Of a stretch of 49,017 nucleotides of DNA, positions 22,501-35,435 are shown piece after piece; the first letter of the stretch is position 1, and the number at the start of each line of letters is the position of its first letter. This stretch comes from Girardia tigrina. Its lineage: Eukaryota. The notes beneath the pieces are model-generated. The model was not told where the DNA came from. It searched no databases and worked only from the letters and a program-made list of their open reading frames with translations. The stretch is taken from the NCBI GenBank assembly GCA_001938485.1, contig MQRK01219238.1:1-49017 (forward strand), given 5' to 3'. A program made the position numbers and the translations under genes.

Positions 22501-25500
22501 TTTTCCATTCATTAATATTATGTATTCATTTGTTCATAAAAATCGATATTGAAATTTTGGAAATAAACAATTTTAATACATTTTTTATTAATTTACTTGT
22601 TATCATTAAATTATTCAAATTATGATTCAGATTTATAATTATAAGATTAATGAAATTTTTGAAATATTTTTTCACCGTCGAACTTTTTTTAATTTAATTC
22701 GAAAATTCAATTTTTAAAAATATTTATTTATTTTTATTAATTTTTTAATAAAATTAATTTTATTTTTTACTTATGCAATTATTTAAAGAAATTTTTTTGA
22801 AAAAAATGATTGATTTTTGTATTTTAAATTTGATTAATTAAAATATTATTATTAAAAATTTGATTAATTGAAAAATTTATGAAAAAACATACAGAATTTT
22901 ATATTGTTAAATGGACATTATATTAACAAATGGTCCTAATATTATGTGTGTATGTTGTGTTTGCAGGTATGTATGTATGTGTGCTAAGGGGTAGAAAATA
23001 TTTTTTCATATATTTTGTATTTTCAAGTGGACATTTGAGTAAGTATGTTTTTTAAATTAACATTTTGATTGGCTAAATTTTATTTTTCTTTCAATTTTAG
23101 ACATGGATTTATTATCAAATGGATACATTATATAATTTAAAAAACATACCTACTCAAATGTCCATTTGATAATAAAATGTCCACTTGAGAATAGAAAATA
23201 TATGAAAACATATTTTTTACATGTTAACACACATACATACATACCTGCACACACAACATACACACAATATTAGGACCATTTGTTAATATAATGTCCATTT
23301 AACAATATAACATTTTGTATGTTTTTTCTTAAATTTTTCAATTAATCGAATTTTTAATAAAAATATTTTAATTAATTAAATTTAAAATATAAAAATCAAT
23401 CATTTTTTTTCAAAAAAATTTCTTTAAATAATTGCATAAGTAAAAAAATAAAATTAATTTTATTAAAAAAATAATAAAAATAAATAAATATTTTTAAAAA
23501 TTGAATTTTCGAATTAAATTAAAAAAGTTCGACGATGAAAAATTTTTTCAAAAATTTCATTAATATTATAATTAAAAATCTGAATCATAATTTGAATAAT
23601 TTAATGGAAACAAGTAAATTAATAAAAAAATGTATTAAAATTGTTTATTTCCATAATTTCAATATCGATTTTTATTAACAAATGAAACATAATATTAATG
23701 AATGGAAAATTAAATTATATCTTTCAATTTTTCTTTAAAATTTATTATATTTAAATTAACAAATGTTGAAAAAAATTATTATTTATTGTATTTAAATTAA
23801 TCGATATCAAAATAATATTTACCTTCAATTAATTTCCAAAAATCAAAAAATCAACATAAGACCACCCCTCCACGCCCCTGTTAGAGTCTAAATGGCGCCC
23901 CCAAGATGACTTTTATAAATGTGTAGTTTCGTGTACAAGAATTAGCTGCATTATGATTAAGTTTCATCCTTAACACTGTCACAAGGTCTGTGATGCAGAA
24001 GAACTAAATGGATTGGTTTGGTATGTATTATTAACGTGTACACTGCAACATATTGCTGCTAATGCTATTTGTAATATTACCATGTCGTGTTGTTAGACAT
24101 AGATGATGCAGTAGGCTAACAGGCATAATATTTTTGGGCTGTGGAGAATGCTACTGAGACTTAAGATTTCACTTTCTACTTACTGCTTGTACAAGTTTTG
24201 TCTGTCTTTAAAGTCCAATGGGGTTTAATACACTCCAGTTACCACCCTATATTACAGTCATTTATTAATATTAAATATATCCGGCCGGAGTAAACCCAAA
24301 TATTATTTAACGTCGGTAATAATGACGGGTCAATAAAACTTCATTATTTTTAATGGCTATTTATTTTTTGGTGCTGCTTACCGCTGGAACAAGATAGCGG
24401 GGAGCGTAAAATTAGTAGGGCTAGTACTACCTTTATCCTTTTTTTGCGTCCCCTGAAAGTTTTCTTGCCCCCCCCACGCACCAAAATCCTAATCCGCCAC
24501 TGTATATACTACCCAAATTCATATGTATTCGGACACGTAAAATAATTCTAATTAAAAATTTTAAATTATAAATAATATGTGCTTATTTGTATTATAGAGG
24601 AATTAATTTGATATTTTACGATAATGTAAATATTCCATATTGCTAAAATTTTATTCTTCAAATCAATTTTATTTTTTTAGGACGTTTTTTTTCGTAATTC
24701 CTTTTTCATAATTACCTAAACATTCTCTATGGGACTTAAATCTGGGCTTTCTGAAGGCAATGTCCAGAAGGACATTATTTTTCATCCAAGTTTTTGTAAA
24801 TTTAGAAGTATGATAAGATGCTCCATCTTGTTGAAAAATGAAATCTCCATTGTCAAAATATTGCATAATAGATGGATGAGACTTTCCCTTAATATCTCGG
24901 TATACTTTGTAGAGTTTATTGTGCCCTCTATAAAGTGAAGACTGACAAGTCCTTTGCTTGTCATACAACCCCAAATCATTACACTTTCTGGAAATTTCAG
25001 AGTTCGGTTTAAACAGTCCGATAATAATGACTTAAGACCGATTTTCCATTTTCGCCGATAGACATTCAAAACGAGATTCGTCTGAAAAATAACTTTATTC
25101 CAATCATTTTTGCTCCATTTACTATGATTAAGAACCCATTCAAGTCTCTTTTTCTTTTGAAAAGGCCACAGAAACGGTTTGTTTTTAACCTTAAAGAAGT
25201 GTTACGCAATGCTTATATTTCATTAAGAAAATCTCACCTTGTAGAATGAATAATTTAATTCATGTATTCGACGTTGACAAGTAGACAGAGAAGAAGAAAT
25301 ACCTGTTTGCATACTCCATTTCTTGTTGATTTCTTGAACAGTAGCACGACGATATTGAGGAATTAACCTCTTCAAACACCGGTTATCAGTAGCGGAAGTC
25401 AACTTTGGTCTTCCAGATTTGTTTGGCGATGAGTTATTCTGACGGTATTTAACTTTTTAATGTTATCGAACACCGTCGATTTACTTATCTCTAAAATTTT

Positions 25501-28500
25501 TGAAATTTCCTTTACTGATTTTCCTTTAACATGCATTGCACATATTTTCTCACACATTTCCATATGCATCTTTTTTCCACGAAACATATTTTAAAAATAA
25601 CGAAAATTTAATCGACTGAAATATTTAAACAATAATAACTACATGTGTTTTTACTAATAATCCATATTGAATTTAAAATAATTCATTGCCTACATTTATA
25701 TTATAATTTTCTATTAAGTGTCCGAATTCTTTTGAATTGAAAAGCAGATGTCCGCATTCTTTTGAATTTGAGAACAAATTTTTAAATGCGAATAAACTTT
25801 TTATTAGTTAACTTTTTTATTTGATTTCTTCAAACTATTTTAGAATTGTATTTAGATTATCGTAAAATATCCAATTAATTCATCTATAATACAAAAAAGT
25901 ACATATTATTTATAATTATCAAATTAATATGAAAAAATATCGTTTTGATATGAATAATATCTATTTAATATGAAAAAATCTTTTTTTTAAAAATACACTT
26001 CCAATTTAACTTACCACCAAGGAATAAGTTTTAATAACTATGAATAAAAATTTTACATTTGGAGTCTATTTTGCATAAGAAATTACGATTTTTTTCTGGT
26101 TAAATTTATATTTTTTTCATATGAAGTTAATCCGAATTTTAATACTGAAATTTCGTCAGTATTTTCTCACACACTAAATAGAGAGGATCGATCGGCAATT
26201 TTGATGAAGCGACAAATAAGCGGCTTCAGTCGCCATTCGCAATCGATCATCCATCAATTTGGATATTTATCTCTGTATTGAAAAATTTTCAAAAAACAAA
26301 CGATCAGCTTCACTTGGAGTTTGTTCGTGGTGATGGCCCGACGGAAAGACGAACTAAATATAAGACTTTAGACAATATAATTCATACTATTGTGTCAAGG
26401 TATCGAAACAGAGACAGAATGGAATATCTGGGAGCGATTGCGTCGAATTTATCGTTAAATTAAGTAATGATTAATAAACACTTGTCTTAATTTAAAAATT
26501 TTTATTTATAGTAATTTTAAATTATTAAATTTAAAATTAAATAATAAAAAAATTGAAGAAATTTAAATAAAAAAACTAAATAAAAATAGAAACTTGATTG
26601 ATCAAAAATACCGGCACCAAAAAGTCGCGCACGCCTTTCTGACAATTAAGATGTATAATTTACTATAGAAGTTGTACCCAACAACATTTTTTAACCCCTA
26701 ACATACATAAATACACACAAAAATACATGAAAACAAGACCCAAAAAACAAAATATTTTGAGATATCAATTCGTGAAACCGCAAAATATTTTTAATATTGT
26801 ATATATATATATATTATATTTATTATTATTTATATTATTTATATTATATTTATTATTGAAAAATGTTGTATTGAAATGATAATTGTAAAGAATATATATT
26901 CTATGGAGTTTTAATAAAATAACTTTTAACAATTTGATTTTATATATATATATATATATGAAAATCATTGTTTTGCGTTCTAAGAATCCTACGGGCTACG
27001 ATGACTAGCATATTCCATTTGCTACCCAGTTACATTGTATTTGTCTCTCAGAGGATACACTTCGTGTTCGTAGTGCGTGCTATCAAGCTAATTGAACAAA
27101 TAAATATTACAAATCTATTACTTACCGTAGAAAATTAAGGTAAGTAATTTATCTATATATTTCATAAATACATAAATTTTCTTAAACTTAACTTAAAATA
27201 CTCGTAGTCTTCATATTATATATTAATGACAAAAAGTATATCACCGACCTTAACCTTATACCTTCACCATACTTCATAGTTTTCCCTCTTTGCCCATCTA
27301 AAAATCTGGTCAGCTTAGTTATGATTGTAATATCTAATAGGGTATTATTGATTTTAAGAAAAAGACCTATCTTTGAGATATTTTCTGTATTTTTTCACTC
27401 AAACGTTTTAATTGATTTATATAGAGATCAGAGTGAACAGTAGGTAGATAATTGAGTTCTAAACAAAAAAGCTTTTTTTGAAATGAGTAATTTACCGTGA
27501 ATCGTTGGAACCCAACAGAAAAATAAAGTCGATGGAGCTAGATTTTTTAAGTAACTGCTGAAGTTTTTTATTTTACATCTCTTGGTCTTCGATAACGAAA
27601 ATCTGAATTTGTCAATTAAATGATTTTTTCGTGCTTCAAATGACATCCATAAATGTAAGATTTTAGCGAATTTCACCGTGGAACTAAGTTAGGCCTTGTC
27701 AACAATTTGTTTCATAAAAGTGTTTAGTTGACATGGGTAATTCTTTATAGATTATTTTGAATCAATAAAAATTGTATGAAATATAAAGCAATAATTTGCT
27801 GATATTATTCTTGCATTTATATAATTGAAAATATTCATTTGAATGCTGTAAATTAACTTGGACACAAATTAGGAACTCAGAAACAATATCATCGAATTCA
27901 ATCCAAGTAGCTCAATCTCAATCAACTAATCCTAAAACGACAATTGATCTCACATCAGACAGCGATGAAGAAGATAAAAGAGCAATTAAACCACCGCTAC
28001 CATCGTTGTTACCATCCAACCAAACCTCACATCCATCAATCAATTTCAATAATAATCACTCTAATTATTCATCTTCCTCTTCGTATATTCCTTCATTTCC
28101 ACATGTCAATTCTAACAATAACAATCAAAACCATTCAATTCATCGTACATTTGTATCGCATCATCAATACATCGCTCCAAAGATGCCTATCTCAAATAAC
28201 GCTTTCTTGAAGATTCCAGGGGTTCACAGTGTTAATAGGAATATCAATTATTTCCAATCAACCTCTTCATCATCAGCAGTGGTAGCGGTACCGCCAGTAG
28301 AACCACTTATATCAGTATCGGCAACAGTACCAGGATCAACATCAACTGTTTCAGTAGTTTCCAACACCAGTGTCTCTCATTCAAATCCCTTCCAATCATC
28401 TGCGGGTATCAATAACCCAGGTACATCGTCACAACCACCTCAGAATAAGATGCTACCCCCATACCTCTGGATGCATCAGCCCAATCACCGCCAACCATAT

Positions 28501-29175
28501 CCCGGCAGTCGTCTGGCAGCCGCGCACCCGCAACAGCATCCACACAGACTTAGTGGAGATATTCTCAACTGCTACATGCCTCCACTAAAGTCTTGTTTCA
28601 CTCCAAACCAATCCTACTCCAACATGATTCCAGCAGCTTCTACCGCCGCCAGCAGCTGTCACCAAAACAACAATCCTTTCACTGCTGCATCTAATTTACT
28701 GCCGAAGCCGATCAAGATCGATCCTCATCTTAATATTCGTCACCGATTCGATAACGATTTAGCAAAATTTTTAGCCGCAACCGCTAGTAATAGCGGAAAC
28801 AGTGGTGCTGGTCACAGCTGCAAATCCGCTATCAATTCGAAATACTACATAGCGACTAAAGGAAACAAAAGGCACAAATCGAAGGCGGAATCCAAAAAGA
28901 AACAGCATACTCTCTCACAAAATAAAATTTCTCGCAGAAGTACGCGGATTCTCAATCAACATCGAAAAGTCTACAGAGAAAAAAGTCTTTCAGAAGAAGA
29001 AGAAGATGATGATGAGGATGAGGATGAGTTTGATAGCCAATCGTCGATGGAAAGTAATGATTCGGATGTAGTTCGTGTCGGGCGAAATTCTCAGAAACGT
29101 CGAAATAATTTCGATGACAGCAGTTCATCGAGCTCGTTTGGTGTTAATCGGAAACGAAAAAGTAATTTAAATTGA
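16551..29175 (+). CDS. PIAS: PIAS-family SUMO E3 ligase (Su(var)2-10/Siz-like), spliced gene join(16551..16583,16665..18388,27873..29175), 1019 aa
   Basis: SAP-like N-terminus, PINIS (PINIT) motif, and SP-RING VSLLCPVGKTRIECPIRGVSCQHLQCFDA...WKCPVC. The phase-0 intron 16584-16664 and phase-2 intron 18389-27872 are both GT-AG and frame-compatible (3060 nt total). Exon 3 has the PIAS-type SIM TIDLTSDSDEED. Confidence 0.8.
16665..18388 (+). CDS. PIAS: PIAS exon 2: SAP, PINIT, SP-RING/MIZ zinc finger and acidic SIM-like VILIGESDDEDE
   Basis: 572-aa ORF with a clear SP-RING motif and RHPRPINIS. Confidence 0.95.
19899..20321. mobile_element. hAT (Charlie-like) MITE spanning an assembly gap
   Basis: TIR CAGTGGTTCTCAAC / GTTGAGAACCACTG, perfect 8-bp TSD ATTTAACC (19891-19898, 20322-20329), and subterminal CGCGGAACAC repeats. 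Confidence 0.92.
21175..21425. repeat. AT-rich minisatellite (~22-bp unit aattaattaataaataatcaca)
   Basis: Visible tandem units with a ~66-bp higher-order pattern. Confidence 0.85.
22347..23859. repeat. ~1.5-kb palindrome (foldback element; ~700-bp arms, ~70-bp loop) in PIAS intron 2
   Basis: ttatgttgattttttgatttttgga (22347) pairs with tccaaaaatcaaaaaatcaacataa (23859). The inner ends 23029-23059 pair with 23133-23163. The same family recurs at ~19760-21050 and 22040-22240. Confidence 0.9.
24440..24502 (-). mobile_element. hAT-type terminus remnant (CAGTGGCGGATTAGG...)
   Basis: ...gcccccccacgcaccaaaatcctaatccgccactg resembles a hAT end. The partner end was not identified. Confidence 0.4.
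24509..25917 (-). mobile_element. Second, partly deleted copy of the Tc1 element at 6161-7789, antisense in the PIAS intron
   Basis: Same TIR start CTACCCAAATTCAT after TA. Transposase motifs MFRGKKMHMEMCEK, FSDESRF, SVMIWGCM and QQDGA. Has a 48-nt intron at the same position. Deletion at ~24630, and the outer part of the other TIR is missing. Confidence 0.92.
26197..26636 (+). mobile_element. MULE transposase C-terminal remnant plus probable terminus
   Basis: HPSIWIFISVLKNFQ...GDGPTERRTKYKTLDNIIHTIVSRY...MEYLGAIASNL* is a typical animal MULE C-terminus. A GC-rich terminus-like aaaaagtcgcgcacgcc ends at ~26636. Confidence 0.75.
27873..29175 (+). CDS. PIAS: PIAS terminal exon: SIM, Ser/Asn/Pro-rich low-complexity tail, acidic patch and basic NLS-like segments
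   Basis: The open frame extends 5' of the listed ORF to an AATTAG acceptor. Encodes KTTIDLTSDSDEED. Phase matches the exon-2 donor. Confidence 0.78.
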
Positions 29176-30934
29176 AATAGTTTTTCTTTCAAAAATTTTT
29201 TTTATATTAAAAAAATGTTATAAAAAATTTTGTAAATATATTTAACGTATTTATATATTGTTTCTGTAATTTAAAAATATTAAATCTATTTTTTATTATA
29301 ATCTTTTATACATATTATTAAATATTATCTGATCTTTTCAAAATTTGAGAAATACTGTCTACACTTGAAACAAATGTAACGAAACTATACGTCATTTACG
29401 TATTTTCATACGAAATTTATTGAAGGAGCACTTGAAATGTAATGGTTACTTTAAATAAATGACGCTACAAAAATATTCTGAAGGTGGAAAACCCTAATTT
29501 TGAATAAGCTTAAGTTCCAACAAATAATATTCGTTATGCTCTTCTCCTTAAGAATTACATATTTACACTAATAAATCATTGGATTAAAATGAATCTTTCA
29601 TTTTTCTTAAAAATTAAGTTAACATACATTCAACGAAATCAATACAATTCTTGCAAATCAACAATTGGCACCCATTAATTCCCGTTTAGAAAACAATGTG
29701 TTTACTCTATCATTCCGTACTTTACCAGGTAATGGAGATATATGATAAAGATAACAATTGACAGTCAAACAAAAGCTAATCTTTGAGATGAACCTTCTCA
29801 CACTCAATGCGATCCACTTAATTTTAGACTTAACATGAAACTTAAAACAATCCAAAATCTCATATGTAATTGAACTGAAGTGTCTGGCTTAGATTTATTG
29901 CGAGAAAACAGCGGGTTCTCAACTGTACCAGGTTTGAGACTGGTGGCAATCAGTATAATAACACATTCAGTGCAAGAAAACATATACAGAGGTAAAATAA
30001 ATTTTGCTTTGAATTTCTTCTTTTTTCCAAATTGTTAACAATACTTGACTTTTTTCTGATGTATCTGCTTACGGTACTTGGTCTTAAGTAGTTTTTCTAA
30101 TATTGACTGTACCATTCTTGTGAAAAGATTTTCAAATGTAAGTAGTATGGATAAAAGATTCATTTAAAGGAAACTTACTATTATCGAAATGTCGTTTCCA
30201 TTCCCTAATTCTACTCACAAAAACCTTCAGTGGCCTCCAGCTCGCCTATTCCCGATATAACTAGCTAATTTCACAATCTTTTATCTTGGACTCGATTAAA
30301 TGCGCCTTTTCATCACGGGGTTTTTACAATTTAATAGAATAAGTACTTAATATTGAAATATTTTATTTTTATAATAAATATTTTCAAATTGACGATTTTG
30401 AAAAGTAAAAAATCTCAATTTATAATGTAATGTTAAAATGCAAATAATACTAAAAGTTTTTTATGATTTACACATTAACTTGATTTATATAAACACTGCC
30501 TGTAATAATCTAAAATTTTAATAAACGGTGCGTCGTTTATTAGAGGAAATAAAGTAAATGTTATAAATCTAAAAAAATACATACTAAATTTTTTAAATTT
30601 ATAAAAATAAATAATCTTTAAATACTAAGAAAATTTTGGTTATTAATCATTTAATGGACCAGGCTTGATTAACACATGCAATTAAATTAGTAAAAGTGGC
30701 TATTAACATTGTTCATCAATAATAAAATAATATTTAAAGAATTAGAAGAATGTATCTAAGCATTCTCAACTCGATTTTGAAGTAAGAAAGAATAGTCAGA
30801 TTTTTTTGTAACAAGCTCAACACACAAACGGATCAAAACGATATTCATTTAATCAAGTAATAACTACTTTTTGAAAATTCGTTATAAGAATATCATTTTC
30901 TGTCATCGAAAATTCTTTTTCCTTTTTACAAGCT

Positions 30935-31260
30935 TTTATTACGTTTCATTTGTTTGTCTGTCTGGATGCATCAAATCTAGCAAAAATTTACCCACTTCCC
31001 GTTCACCTAGCGACATGAAACTTTCAGGACTGATGTATTCCAGGTGACAATACACTTTTTCACTGTCACTGCTCATCTAACGCCTTTAGTTTTGCCGCAA
31101 AAAGTAATTAAAGTGTCGTTCTCATGTTTTCCTCTGTAGTAGGCTTTGAAATTTGCTACATCTAAATGCAAATAGAAAGCGGGTTTTCGCCTAGTAGGCT
31201 TTGATAATTCAGTCTAAAAAATGTGGGAAGTGGGTGAAATAGATACAGAACCGCAAACAT
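30935..31260. mobile_element. Possible Helitron/Helentron-associated (DINE-1-like) non-autonomous fragment
   Basis: tgtttgtctgtc microsatellite followed by an atgaaactttcagga-like core. Resemblance only. Confidence 0.3.
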
Positions 31261-32244
31261 ATGACAAATTATAAAAGCTTGTACACCAAAAATTTTTTTG
31301 GTATGATATTAAATTTTTATTCTCTTTGGGTTGTTTATTCACTTCTGCAATTTAGTATTTTTAGCTATGTCGATTGTTTAGTTTATTCCAGAAAAACTCA
31401 CTTTGGCGTTATTAATCTTTTATTCAACCAATTCTGGCAAGTCATGTAGCTGGGGCACCTTTTACTTTGACATTTTTGACTTGTTGAAAACTTTCATAGA
31501 TTTTTTTTGACAATTTTTGTTTTTTAATTTACCGGAAAAAATACAGTTTAATTGGAGAATGCCTTAAGAAAATTCTTTAATAATAATTATAATAATAATT
31601 CTTTTGAAAAAGTAATTAATTAATAAATAAATGAAACTAAGTACATGGAAATCAATTTTCTATGAAGTATAAATTTTGCTTGGTTTATTTTGGCCATCTT
31701 TTTTTATGAGTAATAAAAGAGATTATTAAATTAATATTATAATCCACAAGGAAATAATAAATCTTGTGATGATTTATATACGAGAAAAAAAGAATGGATT
31801 TATATTTCTTGTGTATTAATCTTACAATTGCTGGCAATCTTTCGCTATTTTCTTTTTTTCAAAATAATTTGGTCTCATGAAGGAAAAATATTTGTTGATC
31901 CTTTAAGGATTAATTTAAAATATATTGGGTTGGCAGCTAATGAATTGCCGATTTCACTTATGCCATTTTTTGATATCCGTAAATGTTATGAATTTCTTCA
32001 TATGTTAGCTGTCATCCTAACCTTGCTTTACAAATTCATTGCGTAGATATTTTCTTAAAGTTTTTTTAAAAGATTTTTAAAGGAAGCAAGTCAATGTCGA
32101 AAATTGTTTTAAAAATTCCGTTGTGGAGATTTTTCTCTTAAAAATGACCAAAGTTCAGGTTGACCAGTTAAGCTTAATTTGAAAACTAATTTTTCTACAA
32201 TCTCTGCACTTTTGACTATTCACTTTCTTTGGAAGGGTGACTGC

Positions 32245-32660
32245 AGATAAGTTGAATGTTTCACACACAGTCACTGACAATCATTTAAAACGTATTAGTC
32301 TCGTTATGAAGCTGGATATTTGAATTTAGTATAATTTGAAAGAATGACAAATCGCATCAACAGTTGCGATTCATTGGTTGAACGCAATGAATTTGATCCT
32401 TTTTTAAAATGAATAATTACTGGATACGAAAAGTGGATTGTGTACAACAATGTCAATTGAAAACGATAATGGTGTCCGCCTAGTGAGTCATCGCAAACCA
32501 TTTCAACGATAAGTATCCATCAAAAGAATATTTTGCTGTCTATTTGATGGGATTGGAAAGGTCTGGTGTATTTTAAGATGCTTCTCAGGAACACAACCAT
32601 TAATTCGTAGGCCTACTGTCGCCAACTGGACAGATTGAATGCAGTGGTCAAGGTAAAAGT
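32245..32660 (+). mobile_element. Mariner (DD34D-type, cecropia-like) transposase remnant
   Basis: RINSCDSLVERNEFDPFLK*IITGYEKWIVYNN...HQKNILLSI*WDWKGLVYF...TINS*AYCRQLDRL, with many stops. Confidence 0.85.
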
Positions 32661-32849
32661 GACCAGATTTTAATTTTTTTAATATGTTGGAATCAATTTG
32701 CTATTTTTATAGCAGTCAAAGTGGTAAATTAATTGCAAAGAAATTTGGTATGAACACAGAAGTAAATAATTTTATACCAAATCTTGATAATTTAAACCAA
32801 TCGAAAAACTGCTGACTTTTCAACAATTTCGTCTTTGGGTCTCGATGAA

Positions 32850-33110
32850 TGCTCTATAATTCTTGTAATGTTTTCCAATGCTTCGTGCTACACTCTGCTA
32901 AAAGAGTTTGATGAAGCTTGTATGCACTCTCGCTGATAACTTGCTCCCATTTCTCTATGATTTTTCTTTGTATTACTTTCGACATAACCTTTGATGTGTA
33001 GCTTATCAAACTAATTGTTCTACATTCTCCGCACTTTTGACTATTCACTTTCTTTGGAATATGAATGAAGATCCACTGTTTAATTTTTTTAATAGTTCAT
33101 GGAAATCGTC
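32850..33110 (-). mobile_element. RTE-clade LINE reverse transcriptase fragment
   Basis: FIHIPKKVNSQKCGECRTISLISYTSKVMSKVIQRKI matches the IPKK...CxNYRTISLISHxSK motif. Confidence 0.75.
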
Positions 33111-34038
33111 TCTGTATTTTCACATCCATGCTTGATTAGTTTCGCATTTCAAACCTTTTTTGATAGACTTTACATCTTATAATTTCGCATTCCAGCTCAT
33201 CATTTCCAGTTTTAAAATTAATACATGTATTTCTGTTAGATATAATGAAAATCTTATTACAAAAGCAAACGTTGAAGTCATTATAGCATCATTAATGGTT
33301 TGATTTGTAAATCAATTTTATTACTCCAGCAATTCAGTATTTTACGTTCCGGAAGCATTTTAACGCGTAATAAGAAATTTAAATAATGATATTAGTTGTA
33401 ATATATTATAAATCTTCAACACATTAAGAAGATATTGAACGTCATTGAAACTGTGGAAGACTGGTATAAGAATCTCAAAACAAAAAATTTCGAAATAAAG
33501 AACAATCTGATTTTCATTCCTACAATACGAAATTTCAAATGTGACATTTCTTCATTAATACTTAGTTTCAGATAAAGTTTTACGTACAATTATATATAGA
33601 CATAGATATAGTAGATTTACTACTATTTTTTGTTTAAACTGAGTGTCATAAATTATTTACTATATTTGTTTTAAGATCTACACAAAGTGACTATTCTTAT
33701 TGTATTCTGCATTAATAAGCAGAAATTAGTATTAAAAAATCATACCAAATGATGATAATTTGATATGTACTAATCACCTCAGACAATTCGATAATAAATG
33801 AAAAGAGATATTTTCTTTGTAACTAGACATGTTTTGAAACTCAATATTTTTATAACTAGAATTTTATTTTAAATATGAATATTGGATTTTTGTTTTTTTT
33901 TTCATTTTAAAATGGGGTTTTTATTTTGACTTTAGATTTTAATTAATACGAAATTATCTTATTTCAAAATGAAAAAATATACATATTTCAAAATCAAATA
34001 TTTGTTTAAATATTTATGACATTGTTAATAAAGATATA

Positions 34039-34619
34039 CGGTAAAACCTCCAAAGTTGAAAACTCTATAATTTAAAAAACTCAGGAAGTTGAAATGTCAT
34101 CATCTTCACAAGCCAAAAATAATATATTTTTTCTTTAAGTTGTAAATCTCTGCAATGTCTATACAATAGAACTTCTAAAGTTAAAAACTATAAGTTAAAA
34201 ACCAACTAAATTGAAATTTTTTGTAACTCTTTATGAAAATATAAGTTTTATTTGTAATTAAATCTGTTTTTATAATTTTATATAAACTAAAAGAAAAAAA
34301 GGAAAAAAACATAATGTAACAAAAGGCATCTTTATTGTGTGCAAAAATTAAGAAATTTCATATTACTAACGTTATCTGAAGATGTATTGGCCTCGGGATA
34401 AAATTTTGAAAAGGCTCAGCTACAGTGTATGAAAAATCTTAGACAAACATCTCTTGATTCATGGATCATTAGAACATAAATAAATTTATTAAGATACTTC
34501 TTATTCTTCTTGTCATATTCAATAGGTGTGACATGAGTGTATTTTCTGCAACTTGAAACCCTCCATAAGTTAAAATAAAATTGTTGCACCGCGACTTTCA
34601 TCTTATAGAGGTTTTACTG
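34039..34619. mobile_element. pogo/Tigger-like MITE
   Basis: TA|CGGTAAAACCTCCAAAGTTGAAA ... TTTCATCTTATAGAGGTTTTACTG|TA, with subterminal AAGTTGAAA repeats. Confidence 0.8.
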
Positions 34620-35435
34620 TATCTGTTGACGATGGAATTCACTACTACTAAGAGAAGTAATTTAGGCCTATCATATACAATATCATATACAATATATAGT
34701 CTATATATATATCATATTCAAAAGAAAATATGTCCAATTTAAAATGAAAAATGTCCAGTTTGAAAAATATGTCGAATTATCCGGTCACCAATTTTGACAG
34801 CGATTCTTTATGTATAGATAAATTTTGTCCCCTTTAAATTTATGTCTGATTCCCAACACGAAATAATAATTTTCTAATTACAATAACTATTTTTAATGTT
34901 AATAACATTTCAAATCTTACACTTCTACAAAATAATTATAGTCCTAGATCCGTTCTAGTTGTATTGAAGTATAATAACGTTTTTATTTAACCCAATGTCC
35001 AATATTTGTATAACAAAAAGTTTTCTAGATTTTCATTTTCATCAATCTTTTCTTGTAGCCCTGTTGAAGAATCGTATTGATTTAGCAATCGTGTGAATGT
35101 ATTCTGAAAAAAATATTATGATGATGATGATCTATAAAATGTGTAGCAGTTATATAATAATAATAAAAGAATGGCAGTAATAGAGACACAGTAATTCTTG
35201 TGCAGTGGAATCGGGAAACACACTTTTGTTTCAAAAAATAATATCCATTTTTTTCACAAAATGAGTGTTTTTTTCCAATGCATGCTTGATTTTTACGTAT
35301 CATGGCTTCTGTTCTGAGAACAAATATCGATTTGTTTCTTCTTTTTCTTTATATAATACAGGATTTTGATTTTTTAAAAAAGAAAAACCAATAATTGTGT
35401 TTCACAGTCTAATCGTGTAATCTCACCTCTTCTAG

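Noticed and set aside
27052-27139. AG...AG|GTAAGT exon-like segment in the PIAS intron
   Set aside because: It has stops in all three frames. It could at most be a non-coding or poison exon, and that cannot be supported from sequence alone.
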